From: Tubiluchus corallicola
Lineage: Eukaryota; Animalia; Priapulida
DNA: 64,000 nt
Direction of reading: 5' to 3'
NCBI GenBank assembly: GCA_030141605.1
Contig: JAQGDQ010000162.1
Location: 372,001-436,000 of the forward strand
Shown here: in pieces, positions 14,301 through 43,866 of the stretch
Position numbering within the stretch: position 1 is the stretch's first letter
Layout: the number at the start of each line of letters is the position of its first letter
The notes under the pieces: generated by a model
What the model was told of the DNA's origin: nothing
The model's database searches: none
What the model saw: only the letters and a program-made list of their open reading frames with translations
Translations under genes and position numbers: made by a program

Positions 14301-14454
14301 GCGTACTGTTAGACAGCTAGTGACTGACTCAAACATCTAACTTACCTTGGTGAAAGACTTCTCGGTATTTTGTAAACACGTTTTCGTAAAAGTCTCTTAA
14401 CACAAAATATTCGTTTAAGTAAGCGGTGCTGTCAAAGTTTTCACAGCTAGCCAT
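11391..14454 (-). CDS. NNMT/PNMT/TEMT(INMT)-family SAM-dependent small-molecule methyltransferase, 250 aa (exons 14454-14346, 12994-12784, 11823-11391)
   Basis: F...AYL..YF N-terminus, motif I LLDFGCGPT, IVMADYAESN, FDWS, CDAN..DP, FDVLISNFAIE, LLKPGGKLV; GT-AG introns of phase 1 and 2 give an open frame. Confidence 0.93.
12578..12707. repeat. Two-copy tandem duplication of about 65 bp in methyltransferase intron 2
   Basis: TGTTTTACT.TGAGCAGGTGCCAGGGGCTTCATAACCTAGAAACCTTTCACATATTTGTC occurs twice. Confidence 0.9.
13010..13416. repeat. Compound microsatellite with a long (CCACTA)n tract
   Basis: Directly visible; abuts the exon 2 acceptor. Confidence 0.97.
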
Positions 14455-16034
14455 GATGAAAATAGCACAGCCCGAGAGCAAAATGTATTGCGAGCTTTTC
14501 AGGCCTTTCAACTTTGCTCGTATGTACAGTAACGCAGTATCACTAAGAGTGGGATAGAACCCTGACCTTGTAGAGATTTTTCCGGTCTACTGCTTGTTTG
14601 TCTCTCCTATTGCTAGTAAAATACTCGCTTTTTTCATTTTCACGTTTTATGGTGGCCATTTTTTAAGTTTAATATAGTGTCCTACAACCTGGAGTCCGGT
14701 ATTCGATATCCTGATCTACTCCTAGTGAAGTGTAGTGACCAGGCCGGGGCCTGTCTCATTATCAAGCCTATCGTCTAAGATGAGCCATGAGCCAGCAGAG
14801 GTATTTCTGTTATGGCTGGATATGTACACAATATGTCCTTCTACGAGGTGAACAGCCACAATCAGCATGGCGAATGAAACTGCCAAGTATGAATTTAATT
14901 GGCTCAAAATATTTTACAGCTTTTAACTATAGTCGTAATACTGTTATTGTTGTCAGTACCGTTAAGCTACCGTGATTGAAGTAACTGTATAAGATGGTGG
15001 CTGAATAGAGACAAATTGCAAAAACAAACGTGTCATAACTTGACTTCCTTGTTTTTAATTTCTTTTCATTACATTTATACACTAAGATTGTCTGCCAGCT
15101 AAGCAACAAAAACAACAAACTGTGTAACAGCCTAGTAAAATATCACATTTTGTGAGGAACATTGTTTTATCTCACAAGCCGGAATCCAGTATTAAACGTC
15201 AATTTTATTCAAAATAGAACGTAATACCGAGACCATTTCCTGACTTATTATGAAGCCTCTCGTCTAGGATGAGCCACTAAACCATTAAAGGTTTTCAGTT
15301 CCATTCAGATGTGTAAACAATACGTAATTCGTCTACCTGGTAAACAACCAGGAACAGCATGGCGCGTGAAACCGTCTAGAGCGAGAATCGAAGCGGTTCA
15401 AAATATTTTATAATTTTTCACTGAAGTCAGAATTACTGTTACTGCGGTTAGTACCATTAAAGAGCTATGATGATTGGGGTAACTGTATAAAATGGTGGCT
15501 GAATAGTGACAATAGTGTCATAACTTCATTTCATTCTTTTTATTTTCTTTTCATTGCATTTATTTACCATCACCTAACCAAACAAAAACAATAAAATATT
15601 TAACGTTCCAGCAAACAACAGCATGAATAACATAATAGAGAACACGATAGAATATAATGACAGAAAAAAATATGTCACGTGCCAGGCAAGAGAAAAATTT
15701 TCAACTTTAATGAAATCATTAATGTTCTTTTAACTCTCCTTGCCCAAAATAAATGAATAAACAAAGTTGAAAAAAATCAGCACATAGTTCAAAAGTATTG
15801 CCTTTCCGATCTCCTAATAAGTGACATCTTATAAATAATTTCGGTGGTATATCGATATATATAAATGTCGTCTCATTGGTTCGTTGATGGTTTATTTTTC
15901 GAGGAGCCATCGGGCGGAACGGGGGACGAGAAACCTTCAAAAATCCCCCTTTTTACCATTTTTTCGCAAAACGTATACCACTTATTTCTAGAGAATTTGT
16001 TGCGAGGCGAATTTTTTTCAGTGGAAGTAGAATG

Positions 16035-19000
16035 TTACATAACGTCCATAGGCACCACATCTCTGTCTAAATAGCCTTCCATTTTTGCAACGTCTGACAG
16101 TACTTCCACCAGATCCTTTTCACCTTCATTTATTGCGATATCAAGTAGCCCATACTTTACTGACTCCACGTAGAGAGAATACAAACTATCTTCTGGAACT
16201 GCCCGGCTGGTGGCGCTGTCTAGTACCACTACTTCCTCGTCGTCACTGTCATGATCACTCGCTTCTCCCTTTCTTAACTGTCTGGCTAATGCGGCTCTGG
16301 CTTCTTGTGATCTTCTACGGAGTGCCACCTGTTCGCTCTCCGGCAGCTTCTCAATGCCTATGAGTGATAAAAGTAAAACAATTGCATTAGTGTAATCATC
16401 CAGGGGCCACGCTATTAAATGTAAGAGATATTTACTTTTGAACTACACAATTTAATTACTTTTTACTTTTGAACTACACCCTTTAGGTACTTTCGAACTA
16501 TACCCTTTAGGTCCTTTGGAACTATTCCTTTTAATTACTTTTGTACTATACCCTTTAGGTACTTTGAAATATTCCTTCTAGTTACTTTTTAACTACACCC
16601 TTTAGTTACTTTGGAAGTATTCTTTTTAGTTATTTTTGAACTATTAATTAAAATTATAAATTAAATACACACCGAACATTGCACAAGAATTCTACCGCGA
16701 AGACGTGCAATTTAGAGTTAGGAAATCACAGCTTTGAGACCAAGGACAGCCTAAAGTGTGACTGAAATTGAAACTAAATATGAGAATAAAAATGCAAACT
16801 GTGGCTTGAATATTAAAGTCTATAAAGCGTGGCATCAACAAGATGTCTGACATTTGAAGACTCTAACCTTTCTCAAGCCAGGCAATTTCTCTGTTTATTG
16901 TTTGTGTCATTTCCTCCTGGTCTAGCTGTAAAGACTGCTGGAAAAGCTGCAGTTCCTCTTCCTAAAAAAAGAATAAACTTACATTACATACTTAACTCCA
17001 TCAAATACATCTAATATTATTGCATAATTAAGTAATAATTAATCCTGCATTGCCTGGGCACACAACGACGGATTTAGCAGTGACATTTATTGCACATCCA
17101 AAGAAAATGGGCCTCAACTGAGTGCTATAAAGAAGGTAAAATTAGCAATCCATGGCCCGGCCCACGTATAAGACAAGTCGCAATTACAGGAAACCAATTA
17201 AAGACACTAGGCCTATAATTATTATAATCTTAAAGTCAAAATATTTATTAATGATGTTAAAAACACACAATTAATGGAATTTTGATACCAAACATGAAAC
17301 ACGGGTGTATTAAACTTAAAACAGGTGTGTTTCAAGTTTGGTATCAAAATTTAATTAACTGTGGGTTTGTAACATTATTAAGCCCACAAGGTATGTCTAA
17401 TTACCAGTAATTAATATTTACTTCGATACATACAGCTGACGATGATTCGCTTATTGTACGACGCCCAGTTTCGTGGTCTGCAGTCGTACGTAAAATGTTA
17501 ATGGCTTCATTAAGGTTGGTGCGAAGTTCACCAAGACGCGTCCTGAAATTAAATCAGCAACCATAATCATCATCGATCGGTGCATGTATGATCATTGATC
17601 ATCGATGCTGTCCTTCTATTTAAGTGCACTGCTTTCAAGGTGATTTTCCAAAACCACAGCTTACATGTATATTGCCATGTAAACCACAGTTACACCAAAA
17701 AGTGTGCGCATGTTTAGGAAAAGAGTGCTTACGAACGCAAACACAGTGTGCTGATTGGTTAGCAAGGAAAAAATCGTATGCCTTTTTTGAAAGTATGCTT
17801 AAAAAGTTTAATAGTGTATGGCACGTTTTGGATCCCTCCAGTATAACCCCAACTTCAATACTTACTCAGTGTCGCCCACGGAGACAATCCGCCTTATCCA
17901 AGAGTAATTGCCAATTTTTTCCAAGAAAGCCAAATATTCTAAAACAAGGGAAAATATTTAGTCGAATTTGCAAAACCACAAGTAGACATATACTAAGTTG
18001 GAAGTTTAAGCTCTGTAACGGAGCAATGGTTCAATAGTATACGGACAAATAGGGCCTAACTGCTACTACAAGTGAATGGGAGAGAAGATAGAGAACGGAC
18101 CAGAAAATCATTTAATCAGCTTTTATTATGTTAAATAGAACATGATCACAATACAGTGCATATAGAACAAAACATTGGTTTTCTAAAAGGAGCATTTCGA
18201 CAAGACACTGTTGCACTACTGAGTGAAACGTTCCTACAAAACTAACGAGCCACAAACATACTAAATATAAGTTACACTAATAATAACAATAGCAATAATA
18301 ATAAAGCCGGTGAATATTTGCAATGATCGTGTAGAGTGTAAAACGCAGGAAAACGAACATACCTTTAATTACCACCTGACAGTTTTTCAAAGCGTCGTGG
18401 TGCAGACATTCTGTCGAACCTGTCTCCTCTAAATATTTAAACAGCGGCTGTACTGAAATTACCAGACGAGTCGTTGCTTCGCAACTTCTTTTGTAAGTTT
18501 TAACCTGCAAAAACGGTCTTACTACTGTCAATGCGTTCGGAATCAATCCTGCAAACCTTTGTTCATTGAAGGTCAGTTACTACATTAAGCCTCACTTATT
18601 GCTACTTCAACGGAAGATGTTCTCAGGACCTGGTGTAGTTTTTTCCCTCGCGGTTCTTCTCTGTGGAATTTTTTACCAGAGAATTGCTTTTGTCTGAACT
18701 ACGACCTCATTCCAGTCAAGAAGCAGATTAGTAGATGCCTCCTATCATTTCTATGATTTCTACTTCCCTGGACAGTATTCATATTTTGTTTCTCTGTCAT
18801 ATTTGTATATTTGGCTGTATTCGCTTTGTTTTGGGGCGACGTGTATATAACAAAAATCATAAAACAGTAGTCGCCGCTTAATAGACTCAGTTTAGGACCG
18901 ACTTGTTTTGACCCAATTAATCGATTGAACCTATAAACCGATGGGTGTAGTAATACTGCCATAGAAATATGATTCATCAGCTTGCTATGCACTGCAAGGG

Positions 19001-20111
19001 CTTTTAATCAATTTACTCATTTTGGTTTGCTGACTGCTCAATTTCAGAACGTTTTGCAATATTCTGCGAAAGTACTTTGTGAAATTTTCGACTGCACTGC
19101 TGCACACCTCTGCACCATCTTTGGAAGTTTACCGGACTGCTCTAAAATTTTCAGTTTCTCCTTAACTGTTAGATTTTTACGCTTATGCTCCATGTTTCAA
19201 ACTTCTTAACTCTATGCTCTTATTTGCTGTAACTATGATGTTTACTCTTCTAAGTCACAAGGAATACTGACTGATTACTGTACCTGCATTTTTGACTATT
19301 AACTCATTAAGCACGAAAGCGTAATTTGCGACTAGAGCATCAAAAGGAAACTGCTAGGCAAGTGATTAAATATTTAGCTTCCAGAAATTCTTTGGGTAAT
19401 GAGGTTAATTGCAGTGGGCGGGGTAAGAGATTCAAAGCAAAACCGCTAGGCTAGCCTATTAGCCCATGATAAACGTACCTGTTTACAAACAAAACGGTAC
19501 TTAACATGATTGTTTCTACATATATAATGCACATAAGGAAAGTAAAGATGACATAAAAGTAGGAAAGGCTGTTTGGGCACATACAAATGTCTTATTTTAA
19601 GTACGTGAAGGAAAAACATTGAGTCAATTAACCACACTTATTTGAGTCAATTACCGATAGTTTTATGTATATTTGAATAAAAGCGGCCCGTTCCAATCGT
19701 TTTTGAGTCAATTAAGCGATTGAGTCTATTAACCGCGAGTCTATTAAGCGGCGACTACTGTAATAGTTAAAATAAATAAATCGTTATAACGCTAAATAAA
19801 CAATCAAAAGATTCAGATACTTTTGACTAGAACATTTTAGTGTATTACAACATTCTGTTAGAATTAGAAAAATGCAGGTTAAAAGGGACGTTGAAATCTG
19901 CTTTTATTTTTGACCGTTTGTTAAGCTACAAATTGTCTTAAATTCGTAGGTAATACACTAAAAACCATATGACAAACGAAGCTGTTCCTCGACAGTAAAA
20001 ATATATGAATAACTCAAATTCCTTACCCAAGAATAGGTAACTACTCACCCTCTTAGAGGCTTCGATAAGACGAGTGACTTGTTTTGGTATTTCTACAAGT
20101 AGCACAGCCAT
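16035..20111 (-). CDS. MLKL N-terminal four-helix-bundle (HeLo-like) domain protein without pseudokinase, 267 aa (exons 20111-20049, 18504-18363, 17938-17866, 17542-17434, 16961-16868, 16357-16035)
   Basis: Six GT-AG exons (63+142+73+109+94+323 = 804 nt; intron phases 0,1,2,0,1) join into one stop-free frame: [113 protein letters not shown]... AATAAA on the minus strand at 15891-15896. Domain call by eye. Confidence 0.8.
16410..16645. repeat. Degenerate minisatellite of about 31-33 bp (TTACTTTTGAACTACACCCTTTAG core) in the last intron of the MLKL-like gene
   Basis: About seven imperfect tandem units. Confidence 0.8.
17248..17381. mobile_element. Small fold-back MITE-like element with TTAA ends
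   Basis: Arms 17248-17302 and 17327-17381 (core AATTTTGATACCAAAC.TGAAACAC / GTGTTTCA.GTTTGGTATCAAAATT). Confidence 0.65.
18865..19760 (-). mobile_element. Non-autonomous pogo/Tigger (Tc1-mariner superfamily) deletion derivative
   Basis: Perfect 24-bp TIRs CAGTAGTCGCCGCTTAATAGACTC (18865-18888; reverse complement 19737-19760), TA at the right flank; from ATG 19193 a frameshifted CENP-B-type N-terminal HTH remnant MEHKRKNLTVKEKLKILEQSGKLPKMVQRCAAVQSKISQSTF. Confidence 0.88.
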
Positions 20112-20479
20112 TATCTCATATCCATACATTCACTAACATAAACTTTGTGAAAAATAACTTCTCGTGGTGTGTGACTGTAACAATTACAACAACAAGTAAC
20201 AGTTGACGTTTATATAGGCCTTATGTTTACATTGTGATGCTGTATCTAGCGGACATGTAAACAATAGTGATTTCTGTGCATAGCGCAAAGTAAACTTGTG
20301 TGACCATGATTATGATTAGGCCTATATTTTATAAATATTAATGATGTCATATGATCATATGCAACACCATGCGTACTGCAACGATGGCCATGCATAGATT
20401 AGAAACCTTGCTGTTTACAAACATTGTTGTTATAATTTAGTTAGAAAGATAATGCGACCGCTCATCAAATATTGGTTGC

Positions 20480-21345
20480 TCTCACTTTGTCACAAAGTCA
20501 ACGGCCTTCACAACATTCTGGGAATCCCCATCACTTTGGGGAAAACAGATTGTGATATGGAACGTCCTTCAATGCTTAGCTTAGGTAAATGGTGGTGAAA
20601 TGTATGTATAAACTATAAACTAATGCGCAGAAGATAAACAGGTACCTTTATTTCAGACTTCTCGTGCATATAGCATAAAATACAATTATATAAAAAATTA
20701 AAACTACAAATTACGTATCAATATTTACAAAGACTAATCACAGAGTTAAAATAAAACAAATATACAAATAGCTTGTCTCTCCACTTGGTCCAAAGAATGC
20801 AAGTGTACGTTACGTTTAAAATATTGGCTATAACAGAATTGCTTACTTTTATTGTATTGCACATGGTACTATAAAAATATAAAAAAATAAAAACATTATT
20901 GAAATGTTGCGCTTCAGCGGATCATTGGCGTTACCTCACACTCCCATGGGCCTCGCTGTAATGTTCTGGGAATCCCCGTTTCTTCTGGGTGCAGATTGTG
21001 GTAAAGAATGTCCTTCAATGTTTAGCTTAGGCAAACGCACCGCAGTTTGAGAGTACTGAATTATAGCTATACAGCAGATCAGTTACCTCACTCTCACGTG
21101 GACCTCGATGCAATGTTCTGGGAATCCCCGTTTCTTCTGGGAACAGATTACCCTTAAAGAATGTCCGCCAATGTTTAGCTTAGGCAAACGCACTGCGGTT
21201 TTGGGGGTATTGAGTTATAACTCCACAGCCGTCACTGGTGTTACCTCACACTCTCACGTGGACCTCGATGCAATGTTCTGGGAATCCCCGTTTCTGCTGG
21301 GAACAGATTGCGGTAGAAAATGTCTTACAAGGCTTAGCTTAGGGA
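20480..21345. repeat. About 155-bp repeat: three tandem units (starts 20930, 21082, 21240) plus a detached partial unit near 20480-20590
   Basis: Recurrent GTTACCTCACACTC...AATGTTCTGGGAATCCCCGTTTC...CAGATT...AATGT...TTAGCTTAGG. Confidence 0.9.
20516..21289. promoter_or_regulatory. Four composite GAS (TTCTGGGAA) / kB (GGGAATCCCC) motifs upstream of the MLKL-like gene
   Basis: TTCTGGGAATCCCC at 20516-20529, 20964-20977, 21116-21129, 21276-21289; extra TTCTGGGAA at 21135-21143. Motif match is exact; function is inferred. Confidence 0.5.
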
Positions 21346-21529
21346 GATGCACTGTTACTACAGATTGTGAGCTATTGTTGCACTGGAGCAATTATTCTAA
21401 ACATTTTACATTATGCATTTTTAACAAGTGAATATAGACTATTAGACGAAAAACCGCCGTCAAATGGTCTGGGATTAAAGCATTATTCCCATAAAAAATT
21501 TCCCGAACCCGTGCACTTTCAATTTCAAT

Positions 21530-22128
21530 AGCAGTGTCCATTTTTTGCTGAATTACTGCTGCGTTTACTTGTCTTGAGGGCAGATTTCTTTCATTTTACA
21601 ACCTGCCTGCCCACAATGAACGTAATGTGTGACGTATTGTGACGATGACAATAAAGTGCGACGTATTGTGACGATGACAATGGTTGTTTTATAAATTTCC
21701 AATACAGATCTGTATTTTCTTCTACAGGTTAGCTGCTGTGTGAAATGGCAGTTCCCAATAAACTATTTCGTTGAGAATTTTTAATTTGCAAACATTAGGT
21801 GGGTGAGCTGGTTGACGTACCTTTATGTTGCGAAGTGCAATAGAAGGGTCGTTCTCAGACGTTTCGAATGCTAACAGTTCAATGTTTTCCGTTTTCTTTA
21901 TGCCTTTAGATTATACACCATCTGTAAATAGTAGTTAAACAGGAAAAATAATAGCGCAATTCAAAACTTCGTAATCAAAATTCTTTTTCCTGTCTTGCCT
22001 TCAGTTTTAATAGTTTTTGTTTATTTATTTAGTCATCATTATTTGTTTATTTATTTATTTGTGCGCTTTTGTTTCTTTAACAACTCCCCGGCACAAGGCT
22101 TGAGTCACGAAACTCAGAGTCACTAGTC
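21530..22128 (-). pseudogene. Inverted, decayed duplicate of GABA-B-like exon 4 with flanking intron sequence
   Basis: Reverse complement aligns with about 29710-30265; exon copy (about 21821-21921) keeps AG/GT ends but has a 1-nt deletion producing an in-frame TAA. Confidence 0.88.
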
Positions 22129-22134
22129 AGGGCA

Positions 22135-22312
22135 TATGATGACGATGATGATGATCATGATGATGACGACGACCACGACAATAATGATGACGTTGATGAT
22201 GATGACGATGACGACGATAACCACGACAATGATGATGCTGTTGTTGGTGATGATAATGACGATGACGACGGCGGCGGCGGCGGCGATGATGATGATGATG
22301 ATGATGATGATG
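22135..22312. repeat. (GAT)/(GAC)/(GGC) trinucleotide tract
   Basis: Directly visible; lies at the edge of the inverted duplicate. Confidence 0.93.
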
Positions 22313-22649
22313 TAGTAATAGGACCAATTGCTGCACTAACAGAGAAGACCGTAACCATCTACACCGAGTAGAAAATGATGCTGAATTTTAAATAACGAGT
22401 CTTAACGACTTGCGAAAGGCATTAAATCGTGACATCTCCTCTTTTTCTTTTTATTTAAATGAAATAATGAACTCTAAGAAGCTCGGCCTGCTGCCGGTAG
22501 TCTGAGAACTGGACAAATGTAAGTGTTACAGACAAGATGTAAATTAAGGCATTCTATGCTTACACATTTTATGGAGTATTAAAACAAACCAGGTAAAGCG
22601 TCTAATATCATACACTTTTTCCAGGCATGATATATAATGCGAAAGGTTT

Positions 22650-23130
22650 ATTCGACTAAACGTTCGTTTGTTCCTAGGCATTTTACAAAATGCTGAATAA
22701 ATTTTAGGTAATGTGAAAGCAAAACAAATTGTTTTGATAAAATATTATCAGACATTTTAGTACAACGTTCAGGTTGTGTAATGTCTAAATTAACACATTG
22801 CCTGTGACAACTACAGGCTAAAAGCAGCTGTTTTTCAACGACGTAACATTATAATACAGACGAATCGTCAGAACGGGTAGGAAAACTGCAATAGCAAAGT
22901 GAAACTAATTGAAACATACTGAAAATGGTATACGAATTATCTTAAAAAAGTCCAATTCAAAATACACATATGATATCAGTTCTTTTGGGAACTTCTTTCC
23001 TGAAAATTGTCGAGAAAGGAAATTAAAAGCTGAATATAAAAATCGAAATCTGTATACTTTAGTGACAAAGTTAATAAACTTCAGAATAAGCTTACATCAA
23101 TTGAAAATTGAAAGAGGCAGCTATTTATAC
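22650..23130 (+). mobile_element. Highly decayed LINE ORF2 C-terminal remnant
   Basis: KLINFRISLHQLKIERGSY resembles the common L.KFRIS.H.L.IE.GRY motif of invertebrate non-LTR elements. Confidence 0.55.
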
Positions 23131-23646
23131 TGTTCAGCATTTTCAGGTTCACGCAGACCAGAGATGGTGTGCAAAAATGATGAGACGATAAACCTGCTAA
23201 GACTTACTTGGTCGAAGGTGGTTGCCTGAATCTCCTAAAGGATTAAATAGGTTGAATAACTTGAATAATTCTATTGTAATATAAACTACACGCAAAAACA
23301 GCTGAGGCGATAAATAAATCAGTAGAGTTAAATTTACTGCTCTGTGTGCTACAATTGCCAGTGAGGCCATTGCTATTCCATATGAATCTAAAAGGATGAT
23401 CACGAAGGACGTAGGCTGAGTTATCAGAATGTTCTCTGCGCAATTTGCTCCGAAATGCCTGCCGTTTTTCTGCGTCTGCCTCCTAGTCTACCTCTTGGAG
23501 CAAGCTGATGAAGCCGGACAAGTATGAAAGTGTGACCCTGCTATTTAATATTGTCATGTCTTGATCGTCCTCCACATAAGAAGCTATGAAAACACTGATG
23601 AAAATTGCAGGTACTATAGTTAGTTTATTTCTATAGTAATTTATCT

Positions 23647-24419
23647 TTAAAGGAAAACAGGATGATTTTCCATATCCTGTCCCGTTTTGAAGTACGGTAA
23701 AAAGTATACATTCTAATACTTATAATAATGCAAATTGTGTTTTTCGTAATTAAATAATAGATTAAAAACTTCATTGTGAGGAGAGTCCTCACACTTATGA
23801 AGTCATAACTGGACATAGTCATCAACAGCAGAAACATTTCATGAGTGTGTTGCACGTGTTTGCAAAAGCAAAAATTAAATCATGGTGATAATAGTCAGTG
23901 TAATAAAAAACTCGGCAAATTTTAAGTTTAAAATTTAAATTTCAAGTTTACCGCTGTGCTTGCGCATGAGCTCTCGAACAGGTGCAGTCGGTCACAACTG
24001 AACAACATCTGAACTAAACGGTACAGCATCTGTTTATCCGCAATGCGTTTTCGAGATGCATGTGCTGGTGCCCATCTAACTAGCGAATGCCGAAATGGAC
24101 GTAACAAGGAAGAGTTAGCCGCGCCAAGGCGAAATTAGATTTCTGGTTCAATAATTCTTTCACGAAAGTTATTCTTGAAAAATAATATGTTGCTTGTGAA
24201 CAGTTTTATGGGTTAGGTTATTTTGCGCTGTAGTTTAAGATCGGGTTCGGTTTTCCAGTAACACTTTACTTCAGTTTTTGCTTTTGCAAACACGTGCAAC
24301 ATGGTCGCTCATGGAATGTTTGTGCTGTTGAATATTATGTTCAGTTGTGTTAATATGTATACTCTTTACAGTTCTTCAAAATGGGGTAGCATGTGAAAAA
24401 CTATCCTGTTTTCTTTTAA
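23647..24419 (+). mobile_element. TTAA-flanked MITE family B (Kolobok-like ends), followed by an inverted partial copy
   Basis: Begins TTAA-AGGAAAACAGGAT; 24270-24419 is an inverted copy of the left part ending ATCCTGTTTTCTT-TTAA; homologous to 52290-52917 and 60275-60874. Confidence 0.75.
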
Positions 24420-24686
24420 CAGATTTTTAAGGCCAGTGCTATCTCACGTTGCTTCCTCTTTGTGATCGGCAACATTGCCTGTTACTGTAGGCTTGATCCT
24501 GTCTTCGTCTTCTGACCTGCATCAGATTTATTTGATGCCTCACAAAAAGGGCTTTCTAGATAGAGAGACAGATAGTAATTTTTTATTGCTAATGGCAGCA
24601 ATATAATAATTGCGGCAGATAATGAGGCGACGTATCAATCAGTGATTTTAAATTTGTCTAGATTGCATGTTAATTGGCAATAATAG

Positions 24687-24719
24687 CATGAATGAATGAA
24701 TGAATGAATGAAAGATAAA

Positions 24720-24751
<32 letters not shown>

Positions 24752-24852
24752 ATGAATGAATGAATGAATGAATGAATGAATGAATGAATGAATGAATGAA
24801 TGAATGAATGAATGAATGAATGAATGAATGAAAGATAAAAAGAAAGAAAGAA
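24687..24852. repeat. (GAAT)n/(GAAA)n microsatellite
   Basis: Directly visible. Confidence 0.95.
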
Positions 24853-25248
24853 ATTGACTGAAAATATATGAATCATTAACAAGGAAAAATAAACTAGGAA
24901 AAATTATATGAACAAGCTGCTGTAAAAGTTAGGTACAGATAAAGAAGATGCAGTCTCTTTCACAAAAATTGTAAGGATAAGTGAGCATTTTTGAAACTTG
25001 AGTTTATTTGAATACAAAAATTTCTATGATTTTTTTACATTACTCCATTTAGACTCAGTGTACAGCTTCCCCAGCTATTGTGGAATATTTTTCACATTTT
25101 TGATGCAGTCTTGACTTTATAGATCTGTACTTGACGATACTACTACTGTACTACTACTGTACTTATATAAGTACTACTACTGTACTTATAGATCTATAGT
25201 CTTGACTGTAAATACCTATCTAAAATACACAAATATCTATGGAAAAAT

Positions 25249-43866
<18,618 letters not shown>

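Larger units (their letters stand above)
10320..15615. repeat. Three diverged copies of an about 430-bp unit (about 10320-10765, 14675-15135, 15180-15615)
   Basis: Shared blocks, e.g. ATTAT.AAGCCT..CGTCTAGGATGAGCCA, GTAATACTGTTA.TGTTGTCAGTACC.TTAAG, GATGG.GGCTGAATA..GACAAATTGCAAAAACAAAC. Confidence 0.85.

Noticed and set aside
16035-16328. 97-aa ORF as a stand-alone or transposon gene
   Set aside because: It starts at GTG just after a splice acceptor and joins in phase to five upstream exons.
11391-20111. Functional coupling of the NNMT-like enzyme with the MLKL-like gene (NAD-linked defence module)
   Set aside because: Only adjacency and shared strand support it; substrate unknown and animal gene neighbours are usually unrelated.
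20930-21345. CRISPR-like repeat/spacer pattern
   Set aside because: Whole units are homologous; it is a tandem repeat.
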